Part shown: positions 19,041 to 29,204 of the stretch, piece by piece
Layout: each line of letters opens with the position of its first letter
Numbering within the stretch: position 1 is the stretch's first letter
DNA from: Candidatus Multivorans sp.
GTDB lineage: Bacteria > Acidobacteriota > Thermoanaerobaculia > Multivoradales > Multivoraceae
Direction: 5' to 3'
Length of the DNA: 64,000 nt
Assembly (NCBI GenBank): GCA_965247095.1
Contig: OZ251997.1
Location: forward strand, 1-64,000
Translations under genes and position numbers: made by a program
The notes under the pieces: model-generated
Databases searched by the model: none
The model's input: the letters and a program-made list of their open reading frames with translations, nothing else
What the model was told of the DNA's origin: nothing

Positions 19041-20044
19041 TGCCGGGTGCGGCGGCCTGCGTGGATACCCGTTCTCCTCTGGTCACGGCGGTCGCGGTGG
19101 CGCTGATCGGACTCGGCGGAACGGGCGCGGCGCCAGCTCTCGAGACCGACCAGTTCCACGCCTGGGGGCGCCACCTCGAGGACGCGACCGGGGTGCTGAA
19201 CGCCCGGGTCAATCTGGAACTCGGGCGTCTGGTCGCCGAGCTGAACCGGGACGGTGAAAACGTCGCCTGCCAGAACGTGCGGTCGCGGTTCTTCGAGCGC
19301 CATCGCATGCTGTTCTTCGACGGTTTCGAAACCTGGTCGATGAACTCGCCCTTGGTCAGCCGGTCGCCGTCGGGGCCGGAGGAGATGCGAGAGTTCAAGC
19401 AGACGTACATCTACAGCACGATGACGTTTCTCGACACCGGTACCTGGATGCCGCCGAGTCCGACGGTTGAGGTGGACGGTGTACGGCTCGGCACGGACAA
19501 GCTGACCCACTTGCTCGGTACGGCCTGGTACTACCACCGGTGGTACCGCAGGGCCCGTGCCCGCGGCGCGAGCCCTGCCGAGGCGGAACTCGTGGCGTTG
19601 CGGCGCGGTCTGCGCGCGGAGAAGACGATCCTCGGCAAGCTCGTCTCCGGCGTGTTCTCGTTGGGCGATCTGGAGGCGAACCACCAGGGCATGTGGTTCT
19701 ATGAGCACCTGTGTGCTGGTGACGATCCGACGATCGTCCGTGACGACGACGGGTGGCGTCTCCGCCGGCCGTTCGACCTGCGCGAGTACGTCACCCCGGA
19801 GTGGGACGAGTCCTACCAGCCGAACATCTATACGCGGCGGAAGTGGGCCAAGGTGAAGCCGCTGTTGATGGGATACTGTCGGATGCTTGAGCACCCTCAG
19901 GTTCGGGCGACGCGCGAGGCGTACGCGGAGAGAGACCAGATCACGGTGACGGAGGAGTTGATCGATGAGATGGTCGCCGCCGGAAAACTGCCCGACCCTT
20001 CCGGGTACACGATCGAGAACGTGTGTCGTGAAGAGGCGGGCTGA
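19040..20044 (+). CDS. Conserved hypothetical secreted protein
   Basis: Signal peptide, LETDQF, GTDKLTH, AEKTILG, SLGDLEANHQG, WDE motifs; strong codon bias. Confidence 0.7.
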   Translation: MPGAAACVDTRSPLVTAVAVALIGLGGTGAAPALETDQFHAWGRHLEDATGVLNARVNLELGRLVAELNRDGENVACQNVRSRFFERHRMLFFDGFETWSMNSPLVSRSPSGPEEMREFKQTYIYSTMTFLDTGTWMPPSPTVEVDGVRLGTDKLTHLLGTAWYYHRWYRRARARGASPAEAELVALRRGLRAEKTILGKLVSGVFSLGDLEANHQGMWFYEHLCAGDDPTIVRDDDGWRLRRPFDLREYVTPEWDESYQPNIYTRRKWAKVKPLLMGYCRMLEHPQVRATREAYAERDQITVTEELIDEMVAAGKLPDPSGYTIENVCREEAG

Positions 20045-21131
20045 GGAGCGGGCGCGCCGGCCGGCACGGCTTGCGCTGCTGGCGGCGGCCCTGCTGGCAG
20101 CAGGCTGCAGCGCGCCCGAAGAACAGCCGCCGTCGACGGCCGCGGCCCCGGCCGAGCCAGCGCTCGAACGGATCGGCGTCGGTTCCTGCCTCAAGCAGGA
20201 CCAACCGCAGCCCATCTTCGACGCGATCCTTAAGGACGACTTCGAGCTCTTCGTCTTCCTGGGCGACAACGTCTACGGCGACGTGGAGTCGGAGGATCTC
20301 AGCGAACTGCGCGACGCCTACGCGATGCAGGCGGCCGCGGACGGGCTCAGCCGCCTTCGCGAGGCGGCGGTGCCTCTTGCCGCCACCTGGGACGATCACG
20401 ACTACGGCCTGAACGACGGCGGCGCCGACTTCTTCGGGCGCGAGGAGGCGCAGCGGATCTTCGAGGACTTCTGGGACGTGCCGGCGGACTCGGAGCGGGC
20501 TTCCCGGGCGGGCGTCTACGACGCGGTGACCTACGGCCCGCTGGGCCAGAGAGTCCAACTCATTCTGCTCGACACCCGCTACTTCCGCTCTCCGCTGCTC
20601 CCCACGGACGAGCCCGGCGCGCCGGGCCGGGAGCGCTACGTGCCGGACCCTGACCCCGGCAAGACGATGCTCGGCGAGGAGCAGTGGGCCTGGCTGCGGG
20701 ACGTGCTTCAGGAAGAGGCGGACCTGCGCATCCTCGCGTCGTCGATCCAGGTGATCGCGGACGGCCACGGCTACGAGGGCTGGCGGCAGTTGCCGGCCGA
20801 GCGGGACCGGCTCTACGGCTTGGTGCGTGAGGTCGGCGCGAACGGCGTCGTGGTCGTTTCGGGGGACCGGCACCGGGGCGGCATCTACCGCCGCGACGAG
20901 GTGCTGGACTATCCGCTGCTCGAGCTGACGGCGAGCTCCTTCAACTCGCCTTCCAGCAGCGGGGAAGAGGCGGGGCCTTACCGGCTGGGGCCGACCTACC
21001 GGCCGGAGAACTACGGCGCCTTGACGATCGACTGGGCGTCCCGTTCCGTGACGCTGGAGGTCCGAGGCATCGACGGCGCTCCCGCGCTCGCCGAAACGCT
21101 CCTCCTCGAGGATCTGCAGAGCGGTGCTTAG
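20028..21131 (+). CDS. phoD: PhoD-like alkaline phosphatase lipoprotein
   Basis: Lipobox LAAGC, GSC, LGDNVYGD, TWDDHDYG.ND, LDTRYFR, LGEEQWAWL, SGDRH. Confidence 0.88.
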   Translation: MKRRAEERARRPARLALLAAALLAAGCSAPEEQPPSTAAAPAEPALERIGVGSCLKQDQPQPIFDAILKDDFELFVFLGDNVYGDVESEDLSELRDAYAMQAAADGLSRLREAAVPLAATWDDHDYGLNDGGADFFGREEAQRIFEDFWDVPADSERASRAGVYDAVTYGPLGQRVQLILLDTRYFRSPLLPTDEPGAPGRERYVPDPDPGKTMLGEEQWAWLRDVLQEEADLRILASSIQVIADGHGYEGWRQLPAERDRLYGLVREVGANGVVVVSGDRHRGGIYRRDEVLDYPLLELTASSFNSPSSSGEEAGPYRLGPTYRPENYGALTIDWASRSVTLEVRGIDGAPALAETLLLEDLQSGA

Positions 21132-21156
21132 CGCGGGAAAGGCAAGGAGGCACCTC

Positions 21157-22689
21157 ATGACGACGAGCGAACTCGAACCGCGGGAGATCGCGGGCGTTTC
21201 CCGGCGCCAGGTCATTCACGCCCTGTCCCTGGCCGGTGCCGCCGGGTTGCTCGCCGGCTGCAACGGCGACGCGGCCACGCCCTCCAATGCGGCCGTTGGG
21301 CCGATGCCCGACGACCTGTGGCGCGCCAGCGCCGGTGAACTGGCGGCGGCGATCCGTCGCGGCGAGGTCTCGAGCGTCGACGTCGTCGAGTCCCACCTGG
21401 CGCGTGTCGAGGCCCTCAACGGCCACCTGAACGCGGTCGTTCGCGTGCTCGCTGACGAAGCGCGGGCAGCAGCGCAGGCCGCGGACGAAGTAGTGGCCGC
21501 CGGCGCCGAGCTCGGGCCGCTCCACGGCGTGCCGATCTCCGTCAAAGACAACATCGCCGTTGCCGGCACGCCGACCACGAACGGAGTTCCCGCCTACGCC
21601 GACGACATCGCGGAGGAGGACGCCCTGATCGTCACCCGGCTCAAGGAAGCCGGCGCCATTCCGGTGGCCCGCACGAATCTCCCGGATCTCGGGCTGCGGG
21701 TCCACACCGACAGCGGGCTCTTCGGGGTGACCCGGAATCCCTGGGCCGCCGACCGCAACGTCGGCGGCTCGAGCGGCGGCGAAGGTGCCGCGATCGCGAG
21801 CGGCATGAGCTGCCTGGGGCTCGGCAACGACATCGGCGGCTCGCTTCGGATTCCGGCCCAGTGCAACGGCATCTGCTCGCTCAAGCCGACCCTCGGCCGG
21901 ATCGCCAGTGCGACCGGGGGCAGCATGTCGGGACAGTTGATGGCGGTGGACGGTCCGATGGCGCGCCGGGTCGCCGATCTGCGCACCGCGTACGAGTTGC
22001 TCGGCAAGTACCACCGAAGCGATCCGTGGTCGGTGCCGGTACCGCTCGACCTGGAGCGGCCGGCATCGCCGGTCAAGGTCGCGCTGGTGCCGGAGCCGAG
22101 CGGCGGCCCGACCCATCCCGATGTCGCCACCGCAGTGCGCGCGGCGGGCCAGGCGCTCGAGGCCGCGGGGTACGCGGTGGAGGAGATCGAGCCGCCGATG
22201 GTGGCCGAGGCGCGCCGGGCGTGGGAGGTCTTCCTCGGCTACGAACTGAACCTGGCGCGGCCGGCGCTCAAGGAGGTCATGTCGGAGGACGCGTTTGGCT
22301 TCCTCACCGAGGCGCTCGACACCTTCGGCGTCTTCCCGGCCACCGAGTACGCGGCGATGTACGGCCAGCGTCACCGGATCGCCAGCGTCTGGCAGGAGTT
22401 CCAGGAGGACTATCCCCTGATCGTGGCCCCGATCATGACCGAGCCGCCCTTCGTCATTGGCCTCGACCTCGCGGATCCGGCGGGAGTTCTCGACCAGATG
22501 CGGTTCGAGGTGGCGCTCAACCTGCTCGGCCTGCCCGCGGTGTGCGTTCCCACCGGCGTCGCCAACGGCCTGCCGCAGGTGGTCGAGATCATCGGCGGCC
22601 GCTACCGCGAAGATCTCTGCCTGGAGGCCGGCCAGGCGATCGAGGATGCGCTCGGCATCTTCACGCCGATCGACCCTGTGATGTCGTAG
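21157..22689 (+). CDS. Amidase signature family enzyme, Tat-exported lipoprotein
   Basis: AAGGAGG RBS, SRRQVI twin-Arg, LLAGC lipobox, GPLHGVPISVKD, GGSSGG, GNDIGGSLRIPA. Confidence 0.92.
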   Translation: MTTSELEPREIAGVSRRQVIHALSLAGAAGLLAGCNGDAATPSNAAVGPMPDDLWRASAGELAAAIRRGEVSSVDVVESHLARVEALNGHLNAVVRVLADEARAAAQAADEVVAAGAELGPLHGVPISVKDNIAVAGTPTTNGVPAYADDIAEEDALIVTRLKEAGAIPVARTNLPDLGLRVHTDSGLFGVTRNPWAADRNVGGSSGGEGAAIASGMSCLGLGNDIGGSLRIPAQCNGICSLKPTLGRIASATGGSMSGQLMAVDGPMARRVADLRTAYELLGKYHRSDPWSVPVPLDLERPASPVKVALVPEPSGGPTHPDVATAVRAAGQALEAAGYAVEEIEPPMVAEARRAWEVFLGYELNLARPALKEVMSEDAFGFLTEALDTFGVFPATEYAAMYGQRHRIASVWQEFQEDYPLIVAPIMTEPPFVIGLDLADPAGVLDQMRFEVALNLLGLPAVCVPTGVANGLPQVVEIIGGRYREDLCLEAGQAIEDALGIFTPIDPVMS

Positions 22690-22698
22690 ACGTTCGAC

Positions 22699-23397
22699 TC
22701 AGTGGATCTCGGCCGCCTCGCCCCAAGCGGCCTTGAGCTTCGCGATGTCGAAATCGCCCTGCTTGGCCGCGTCGATGATCACCCGTTCGCGCCGTGCGAT
22801 CAGGTCGGCGGCCGATTCGACCTGGTCGGCCACGTCGGCCGGGATGACCACGCCGCCGTGCTGGTCGGCGTGGATCAGGTCGCCTTCTCTGACTGCCATG
22901 CCGGCGACGGTAACGGGAGAGCCGTAGTCCACCACGTGAACATGGGCGTGTGACGGTCCGACTCGCCCGGCCAGCAGTTGAAAGCCCTCGGCGATGTCCT
23001 CGAGGTCGCGGATGCTGCCGTCCGTGATCACGCCCAGGCAGCCCAGGCCGTGGTGGATGTTCGAGTTCACCTCGCCCCAGAAGGCGCCGTAGCCGCGCGC
23101 GTTGTCGTCGAGGTCCTGGATCACGGTGATCGTGGGGCCTTCGCCCGCGGCCAGGTGTTCGTAGTAGCCGACCGATGTGCGGCGGGCCTGCTTCGGGTCG
23201 ACGGAGCTCGGGTGCTGGGCGCGGATGCGCGCGGTGCGGGCGAAGCCGACGATCGGCGGCAGCTCGGGCCGGGCGCACACCAGCGGATCCACGGTGTAGC
23301 CGTGGCCGCGCCGCTTGGGCGCCACGACCTCCAGGGCGTTGCAGATCGTCGGTGTGTCGAGGGACCTGAGGGCGTCGAGAACGGCTGGAAGAATCAT
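22699..23397 (-). CDS. RraA/HMG-aldolase family protein
   Basis: DTPTICNA, AFWGEVN, ITDGSIRD, GDLIHADQHG. Confidence 0.85.
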   Translation of the reverse strand: MILPAVLDALRSLDTPTICNALEVVAPKRRGHGYTVDPLVCARPELPPIVGFARTARIRAQHPSSVDPKQARRTSVGYYEHLAAGEGPTITVIQDLDDNARGYGAFWGEVNSNIHHGLGCLGVITDGSIRDLEDIAEGFQLLAGRVGPSHAHVHVVDYGSPVTVAGMAVREGDLIHADQHGGVVIPADVADQVESAADLIARRERVIIDAAKQGDFDIAKLKAAWGEAAEIH

Positions 23398-23470
23398 GGC
23401 GCGGATACTAGCGTTGACATCGACACAGGTGGGAGTGTATGTTGACGGCGTCAACAACGGAGGATCGATC

Positions 23471-24562
23471 GTGAACGAGGAACTGACGAGGTTTGTGCGA
23501 GAGGCGCTGTCGCGGGGCGCCGGCAGGGACGAGATCGAGGAGGCGTTGGGTGACGCCGGGTGGCGGCAGAGCGACATCGACAAGGCGCTCAGCGCGTGGG
23601 TCGACCGCGAGTTCGTGGCGCCGATCCCGCGGCCGCGGCCCTATATGGGCGCGCGGGAGGCGTTCCTGTATCTCGTTCTGTTCGCCGCGCTCTACGCCAC
23701 CGGCATCAGCTTCGGCAACGTGACGTTCGCGCTGATCAACAGGTACTTCGCCGATGTCGCATTCACGCCGCCGGCAACAGCTTCCGCTGAGATGCTGCGA
23801 TGGGGGTTGGCCTACCTGGTCATCTCCTTCCCGGCCTTCCTGCTCGTCCAGCGGCTTGTGCGGCGGGTGCTGCGGAGCGATCCGGAGTTGCGCTCGTCGC
23901 GGATCAGGAAGTGGCTCACCTACATGACCCTGTTCCTGGCCGCGGGAGTTCTTGCCGGCGACCTGATCGCCCTGGTCTTCTTCGCCCTGGGTGGCGAGCT
24001 CGCCGTGCGCTTCGTGCTGAAGGCGGCCATCGTGGCGGCCATCGCAGGCAGCGTCTTCGGCTACTACTTCTGGGACCTGCGCCAGGATGAATCGGAGCCG
24101 GCCGAGGACGGCGATGGATCGAGGTTGCCGGCCACGTTTGCGACGGTCTCGTCGGTGGCCGTAGCCGCCGCGGTTGTCCTCGGTCTGGTGGCCGTCGGGT
24201 CGCCGGGGAGCGCGCGCGATCGAGGGCTCGATGTCGAACGGATCTCTAACCTGCGGGACATCGTCCGCGGCGTCGATGTCTACTGGGAGCGCAACGGCGC
24301 CCTACCCGAGAGCCTGGATGCGCTGAGCGCGGAGCGCGACATCACCGTCTTGTCGACCGTCGATCCGGAGAGCAGAGCGCCGTACGCCTACCGCACCACG
24401 GACCAGAAGACGTACACCCTTTGTGCGACGTTCAGCCGCGACGCTCCGACCGACCAGGCGTCGCTGCGGACCTACCCGTATCGGGAGCGGTTCTGGAGGC
24501 ACCCGGCGGGGTACCACTGCTTCGATCTCGAGGCGATCGAACCGGACGCGCGGCGCTGGTGA
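23471..24562 (+). CDS. DUF5671-domain membrane protein
   Basis: GGAGG RBS, GTG; N-terminal L..AGW...I helix, REAFLYL, IRKWLTYMTLF, pilin-like periplasmic tail (DPE..PY.Y...Y.LCA.F). Confidence 0.75.
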   Translation: MNEELTRFVREALSRGAGRDEIEEALGDAGWRQSDIDKALSAWVDREFVAPIPRPRPYMGAREAFLYLVLFAALYATGISFGNVTFALINRYFADVAFTPPATASAEMLRWGLAYLVISFPAFLLVQRLVRRVLRSDPELRSSRIRKWLTYMTLFLAAGVLAGDLIALVFFALGGELAVRFVLKAAIVAAIAGSVFGYYFWDLRQDESEPAEDGDGSRLPATFATVSSVAVAAAVVLGLVAVGSPGSARDRGLDVERISNLRDIVRGVDVYWERNGALPESLDALSAERDITVLSTVDPESRAPYAYRTTDQKTYTLCATFSRDAPTDQASLRTYPYRERFWRHPAGYHCFDLEAIEPDARRW

Positions 24563-24578
24563 TTCGGGTCGAGTGCCG

Positions 24579-25742
24579 TCAGACGGCGACCTGAACCCGC
24601 TCGGACAGCCGCGCGCCGAGGAGGTACGACGCGTCGGCGACCATCTCCTCCAGGATCTCCCGGGCGGGTCGGGTCTTCTTCAGCATGCCCGATGTCTGCC
24701 CGGCGGCGTTCATCAGCAGATCGTCCCTGCCGGCGGTGCGGATGGAGTGCAGCAGATCGCGGGTCAGCACGCCCTGGAGCCCCATCGGCAGGGCGCGGAT
24801 GCCGCTAGCCTCCCAGGACTCGATCAGCGGGTTCGTGATGTTGCGCATCGTCTTGCCGCTGTAGAGCCGGGTCACTACCGTGTCTTCGGTGGCCGCCCCG
24901 AGGATGCGCTCCTTCTGCAGTGCGGGCTGGTTCGCCTCGTCGGAGACCAGGAAGACGGTGCCGCACCAGGCGCCGATGGCGCCGGCCGCGATGACTGCCG
25001 CCAGTCCGCGGCCGTCGGCGACGCCGCCGGCTGCAACGACCGGCAGCGGCGCCACCGCGTCCATGACCTGGGGCAGCAGCGCCAGGGTGCCGATCTTGCC
25101 GGTGTGACCGCCGGCCTCGGTGCCCTGGGCGACGACGATGTCGGCGCCGCCGTCGGCGACGCGGCGGGCGGCGCGGGCATTGCCGACCAGGGAGATGATC
25201 TTGATGCCGGCGTCCTTGAGCGCCCTGGCGAAGGGCGCCGGCGAACCGAGGCCGGAGGCGAACACCGGCACCTTCTCTTCCAGCAGCACTTCGATCTGCG
25301 CTCCGGCGTAGCTCTGGCCCTCGGGCACCCAACTCCTCGCCGGCGGCTCGGGCGGCGCCTCGATCCACTCGATGCCGAGGTTCTCGGCCATCTTCTTGAG
25401 CGCGTCTCGGGTTTCCGTCGGCACGAGGTCGCGCGTGGGAACTGTCGCGGAAGTCGGGCCGCTTCCCGCCTTCTCCAGGAAGTTCGAGGCGAGCAGCAGG
25501 TCGACGCCGAACGGCTTGTCCGTCTTCGCACGCACCTTGTTGATCTCGGCGCGCAGGTCGTCGGGGCTGTAGGCGACGCCGCCGATCACTCCCAGGCCGC
25601 CGGCCTCGGACACCGCGGCAACCAGGTCGGCCGTGGCGACCGGCTCCGCGCCGCCTGCCACCGGCCCCATGCCGGCGGAGATCACGGGATACTCGATCCC
25701 CAGCATGTCGCAGAGTTCTGTGCGAAGGAAGGGACTGGCCAT
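24579..25742 (-). CDS. Nitronate monooxygenase / FabK-like flavoprotein
   Basis: LGIEYPVISAGM, AVSEAGGLGVIG, QGTEAGGHTG, AAGGVADGRG; AGGAG RBS. Confidence 0.9.
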   Translation of the reverse strand: MASPFLRTELCDMLGIEYPVISAGMGPVAGGAEPVATADLVAAVSEAGGLGVIGGVAYSPDDLRAEINKVRAKTDKPFGVDLLLASNFLEKAGSGPTSATVPTRDLVPTETRDALKKMAENLGIEWIEAPPEPPARSWVPEGQSYAGAQIEVLLEEKVPVFASGLGSPAPFARALKDAGIKIISLVGNARAARRVADGGADIVVAQGTEAGGHTGKIGTLALLPQVMDAVAPLPVVAAGGVADGRGLAAVIAAGAIGAWCGTVFLVSDEANQPALQKERILGAATEDTVVTRLYSGKTMRNITNPLIESWEASGIRALPMGLQGVLTRDLLHSIRTAGRDDLLMNAAGQTSGMLKKTRPAREILEEMVADASYLLGARLSERVQVAV

Positions 25743-25794
25743 GGCGACTCCTCTCAGGTATTCGGCCGGTGAGTATACGTGCGCGGGCGGCGCG

Positions 25795-26358
25795 TCAGAG
25801 CAACTCGAGTTGGGGCCGGCGAAGCTGGTTCGACACCGCCTCCTCGACGGTGTCCAGCCAGCCATCGCGATGTCCGGGATCGAGCGCAAGAACCTCGATG
25901 CGGCGGTCGTCCAGTTCGTTCCTGAGCCGGTCGTCGATCTGTTGCCGGAAGGCCGGATCCGTCGCCCGGACGCCGTCGGGCTGTGCCTCGCTGCCGCCCA
26001 GAATGGGCACGTGGATCTTCAGATCGTAGGTCGTGCACCAGGACTCGATCAGCGGTTCGAGTGCGGGCTGGCGACCGCGGGCGAACAGCAGGTAGACGTA
26101 GTTGTCGAGCACGCTCCGGTCGCAGATGACGACCGGCGCACGCGCCTCCGCCACGAGTTCGTACGCGATCTGGGAATGGAGGATCCACGACTGGGCCTCC
26201 AGGGTCGTTTCCTCGTTGAGAGGCAACGGACAGCGCCGCGCCACCTCGACCACCACGTCGAGGTTGATGTCACGGCGCTTGAGGCGGGCGGCGAGACCGT
26301 ATGCGAGGGTCGTCTTGCCGACGCCGTGGGTGCCGATGAAGGCGATCTTGTAGGGCAT
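25795..26358 (-). CDS. NadR/TTD14-like AAA P-loop kinase
   Basis: KIAFIGTHGVGKTT, EVAR, ICDRSVLDNYVY, DGVR. Confidence 0.85.
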   Translation of the reverse strand: MPYKIAFIGTHGVGKTTLAYGLAARLKRRDINLDVVVEVARRCPLPLNEETTLEAQSWILHSQIAYELVAEARAPVVICDRSVLDNYVYLLFARGRQPALEPLIESWCTTYDLKIHVPILGGSEAQPDGVRATDPAFRQQIDDRLRNELDDRRIEVLALDPGHRDGWLDTVEEAVSNQLRRPQLELL

Positions 26359-26475
26359 TGGGCGGCGCCAGACTACAGCCGTTCGATTGGTCGTGAGAGG
26401 ATCCTTGGGCGGAAGCGCGGGCATTCTGCCCGCGCCCGCTGGAGGATAGAAGTGACGGGTGAAGCGGGTTGCCGG

Positions 26476-28563
26476 ATGCGGCGCCTTCTCGTTGCGGCAG
26501 GGCTGGCGCTCATCGGCGCGGCCTGTACGCGCGCGCCGGAGGACGACGCGCCGAACCCGGAGTGGCCAGACCGTTCGCCCCGGTCGGACATCACAGAGGA
26601 GCTTCGGGCCGATCTTCAAAGGCCGCGATCTGAGGCCGACGGCGGCGGCAGCGCCACCGTCGAGACGCTCTCGGGGCCGGTGGTCGCTGGGCGGCCCGGA
26701 AGCTGGCGCATCGTGTACCGGGCGGGTCCGCTCGGCGTTGCCGCCGGCGGCGCGGTCTATCTCCAGGTGTCCCCCTTCTGGGGCTGGAGCACACCCCAGA
26801 CGGAACGCGAATCGGCGTTGGGCTACACGACCGTCGAAACCGACGCGGACGGTGTCGACCTCTCGGGGGAGACGCTCGATGAGCAACTGCTCGCAGTCCA
26901 CGTCGGCGGCCGGGCGTTAGAGCGCGGCGAACAGATCGAGATCACCTACGGCGCCGGGACGGCGGGTGCGCTGGCGGATCGCTACGCCGAGCGAGGGTCG
27001 CGCTTCTGGATTGCCGTCGACGGCGACGGCGACAAAGTGCGTGGACTGATCGCCGAATCTCCTTCGATCGATGTGCTGCCGGGGCCGGCCGCGCTGCTGC
27101 TCCTGCATCTACCGTCGACGGCGAGGCCCGGAGAGTCCGTCGACCTCACAGCGGCCCTCGTCGACGCGGTCGGCAACGGCTGGCCGCGTGTCGCCGGCAC
27201 CTTGGAACTGCGGCTGCCGGCTGGTGTCGACGTGGACGGCGTAGGAGGCGAATCCGCATCGCCGGCGCCCGGCGCTGAGGGATTCGAGGGTCCCGGGAGC
27301 GATCGAGAGCAGGTCGCGATCCTGCCTCTGGCTGAGGAGGATCGTGGCCGCCTCGTCGTTCGGCTCCGGCTATCCGCCGCCGCGGGCGGCGTTGTGCGGG
27401 TACGGGGGCGGATTGCCGGAGTCGAGCCGGGCCGCGACCTCGAGGCTGAGAGCAATCCGCTTGTCGTTTCGCCGGCCGGCCGGCGCATTCTGTGGGTCGA
27501 CCTGCAGAACCACTCCGGTCTTTCCGACGGTTCGGGGACTCCCGACGATCTGCTGCGCTACGCGCGCGAGATCGCGGCTCTGGACGCCGCCGCGGTGACT
27601 GACCACGACCACTGGGGGATGCGCTTTGCGGATAGCGAGCCGGCGATCTGGCGGCAGACGCTGGAGGCCGTGGACCGCCGTCACGATCCTGGCCGTTTCT
27701 TGGCGCTCGCCGGCTACGAGTGGACGAACTGGGTGGAGGGCCACCGGCATGTCGTGTTCTTCGAGCCGACCGCCGAGGCCGCTGCCGATCTGCTCCTGAG
27801 CTCGATCGACGAGCGCTTCGACGACGCGCGTGAACTATGGGCCGGGCTCGAAGGCGCCCGCGCGCTGACCTTCGCCCACCATTCGGCCGGCGACCCCATC
27901 GCCACCGACTGGTCGTCGCCGCCGCCGCCTGGGTTGGAGCCGGTCACCGAGATCGTGTCGGTTCACGGCGCGAGCGAGGCGGCGGACGCACCGGGCGTGG
28001 TGATCCGCGGCGCCCTCGCGGGCAACTATGTGCGCGATGCGCTCGACCGCGGCTACCGGTTGGGATTCGTCGGCTCAAGCGACGGCCACGACGGTCATCC
28101 CGGTTTGGCGCATCTGGCCTCGCCGAGCGGCGGCGTGGCGGCGATCCTCAGCAACGAAGTGACGCGCGAGGCGATCTACGAGGCGTTGCGGGCCCGTCGC
28201 ACCTACGCGACCAACGGGCCGCGGATCGTGGTGCGGGCGAGCTATGCCGGCTGGCCGATCGGCGCCGGCATACCGGCAGGCGCAGCCGCCGCGGGCGAGA
28301 TCGGGCCGATTGCGGGGGTGCCCGAACGCACCCTGGTAGTCCGTGCGGTCGCGCCGGGCGAGATCGACCGCATCGAGGTCATCAGCCGTCAGAGTGCGGC
28401 CAGCGCTGGCGGCTTGGCGGGTGAGGCCCTGTGCGGGGAAGGGGAGCGCGAGTGCAGCCTGACCGTCGCGCTGCCGGTGTTCAGGCCGGGCGGCTATCTC
28501 TACCTGCGAGTGATCCAGAAGGACGGCGGCGCCGCCTGGACAAGCCCGTTCTTCTTCGAGTGA
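26476..28563 (+). CDS. PHP-type metallohydrolase lipoprotein (DUF3604/CehA-McbA-like)
   Basis: Lipobox GAAC, DLQNHSGLSDG, TDHD, GYEWT, GHRHV, HH, EIVSVHG, GSSDGH, YATNG, YLRV.Q.DG..AWTSP. Confidence 0.85.
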   Translation: MRRLLVAAGLALIGAACTRAPEDDAPNPEWPDRSPRSDITEELRADLQRPRSEADGGGSATVETLSGPVVAGRPGSWRIVYRAGPLGVAAGGAVYLQVSPFWGWSTPQTERESALGYTTVETDADGVDLSGETLDEQLLAVHVGGRALERGEQIEITYGAGTAGALADRYAERGSRFWIAVDGDGDKVRGLIAESPSIDVLPGPAALLLLHLPSTARPGESVDLTAALVDAVGNGWPRVAGTLELRLPAGVDVDGVGGESASPAPGAEGFEGPGSDREQVAILPLAEEDRGRLVVRLRLSAAAGGVVRVRGRIAGVEPGRDLEAESNPLVVSPAGRRILWVDLQNHSGLSDGSGTPDDLLRYAREIAALDAAAVTDHDHWGMRFADSEPAIWRQTLEAVDRRHDPGRFLALAGYEWTNWVEGHRHVVFFEPTAEAAADLLLSSIDERFDDARELWAGLEGARALTFAHHSAGDPIATDWSSPPPPGLEPVTEIVSVHGASEAADAPGVVIRGALAGNYVRDALDRGYRLGFVGSSDGHDGHPGLAHLASPSGGVAAILSNEVTREAIYEALRARRTYATNGPRIVVRASYAGWPIGAGIPAGAAAAGEIGPIAGVPERTLVVRAVAPGEIDRIEVISRQSAASAGGLAGEALCGEGERECSLTVALPVFRPGGYLYLRVIQKDGGAAWTSPFFFE

Positions 28564-28603
28564 CCTCCGCCCGCATCCGGCGCAAAGCGCCGGTCTGGTG
28601 GCG

Positions 28604-29122
28604 CTAGGCCTCTTCTTCTGCCTCTTCTTCGACGTGCACCATGATGTACTGCGACAGGTCCGGCTCGTCGAGCGTACGGTGTTCGCCGTCGCCGATTTGC
28701 AGACAGAGGTAGTGTTCGCCGAGGGGGAGTTCGAGTTCGATCGAACTCGAACCGTCGCCGAAGTGGATCCAGGGGTCGGCGGTCGGAATCACGATGCCCG
28801 GCTCGAGACATTCGCCGTCGATGGCGATGTGGTAGTGGCCGGCGCCCTCGTTGATCGCCCCGTCGCCCACCGGCTCGATGATGAAGTTCTCGGCCGCGAA
28901 CTGCAGGTTGACCAAGCTGGGGATCGTGGCGTGGTTTTCGAGCCCTTCGAAGTACACACGGGGCGCGCCGTCGTCGGCCGCCTCGGCGGCCTCCATGTCG
29001 TGTTCCGCTTCCTCCATTTCGGGTTCGGCGGTGTCGTCCGCGGCGCAGGCGGCGAACAAGACGAGCAGCGAGGCTGCCGCGACAACGAGGAGCGGGCGGT
29101 TCTTGGCGAGGTCGAGGAGCAT
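28604..29122 (-). CDS. DUF4399-domain lipoprotein
   Basis: GGAGG RBS, lipobox FAAC, PRVYF, GHYHIAID, IHFGDG, GEH.LCLQIGDGEH. Confidence 0.85.
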   Translation of the reverse strand: MLLDLAKNRPLLVVAAASLLVLFAACAADDTAEPEMEEAEHDMEAAEAADDGAPRVYFEGLENHATIPSLVNLQFAAENFIIEPVGDGAINEGAGHYHIAIDGECLEPGIVIPTADPWIHFGDGSSSIELELPLGEHYLCLQIGDGEHRTLDEPDLSQYIMVHVEEEAEEEA

Positions 29123-29162
29123 GCTGGGTTCCTCCGTCGGATGACCGGGCATACGCCCGAAT

Positions 29163-29204
29163 AGGTGACGTTTGAGCTGAGCAGGTGACGCTTGAACTGA
29201 GCAG
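29163..29204. repeat. 20-bp tandem direct repeat in a divergent intergenic region
   Basis: AGGTGACGTTTGAGCTGAGC / AGGTGACGCTTGAACTGAGC (2 mismatches). Confidence 0.75.

Noticed and set aside
29163-29204. Mini-CRISPR array
   Set aside because: Only two abutting repeats with no spacer and no cas genes
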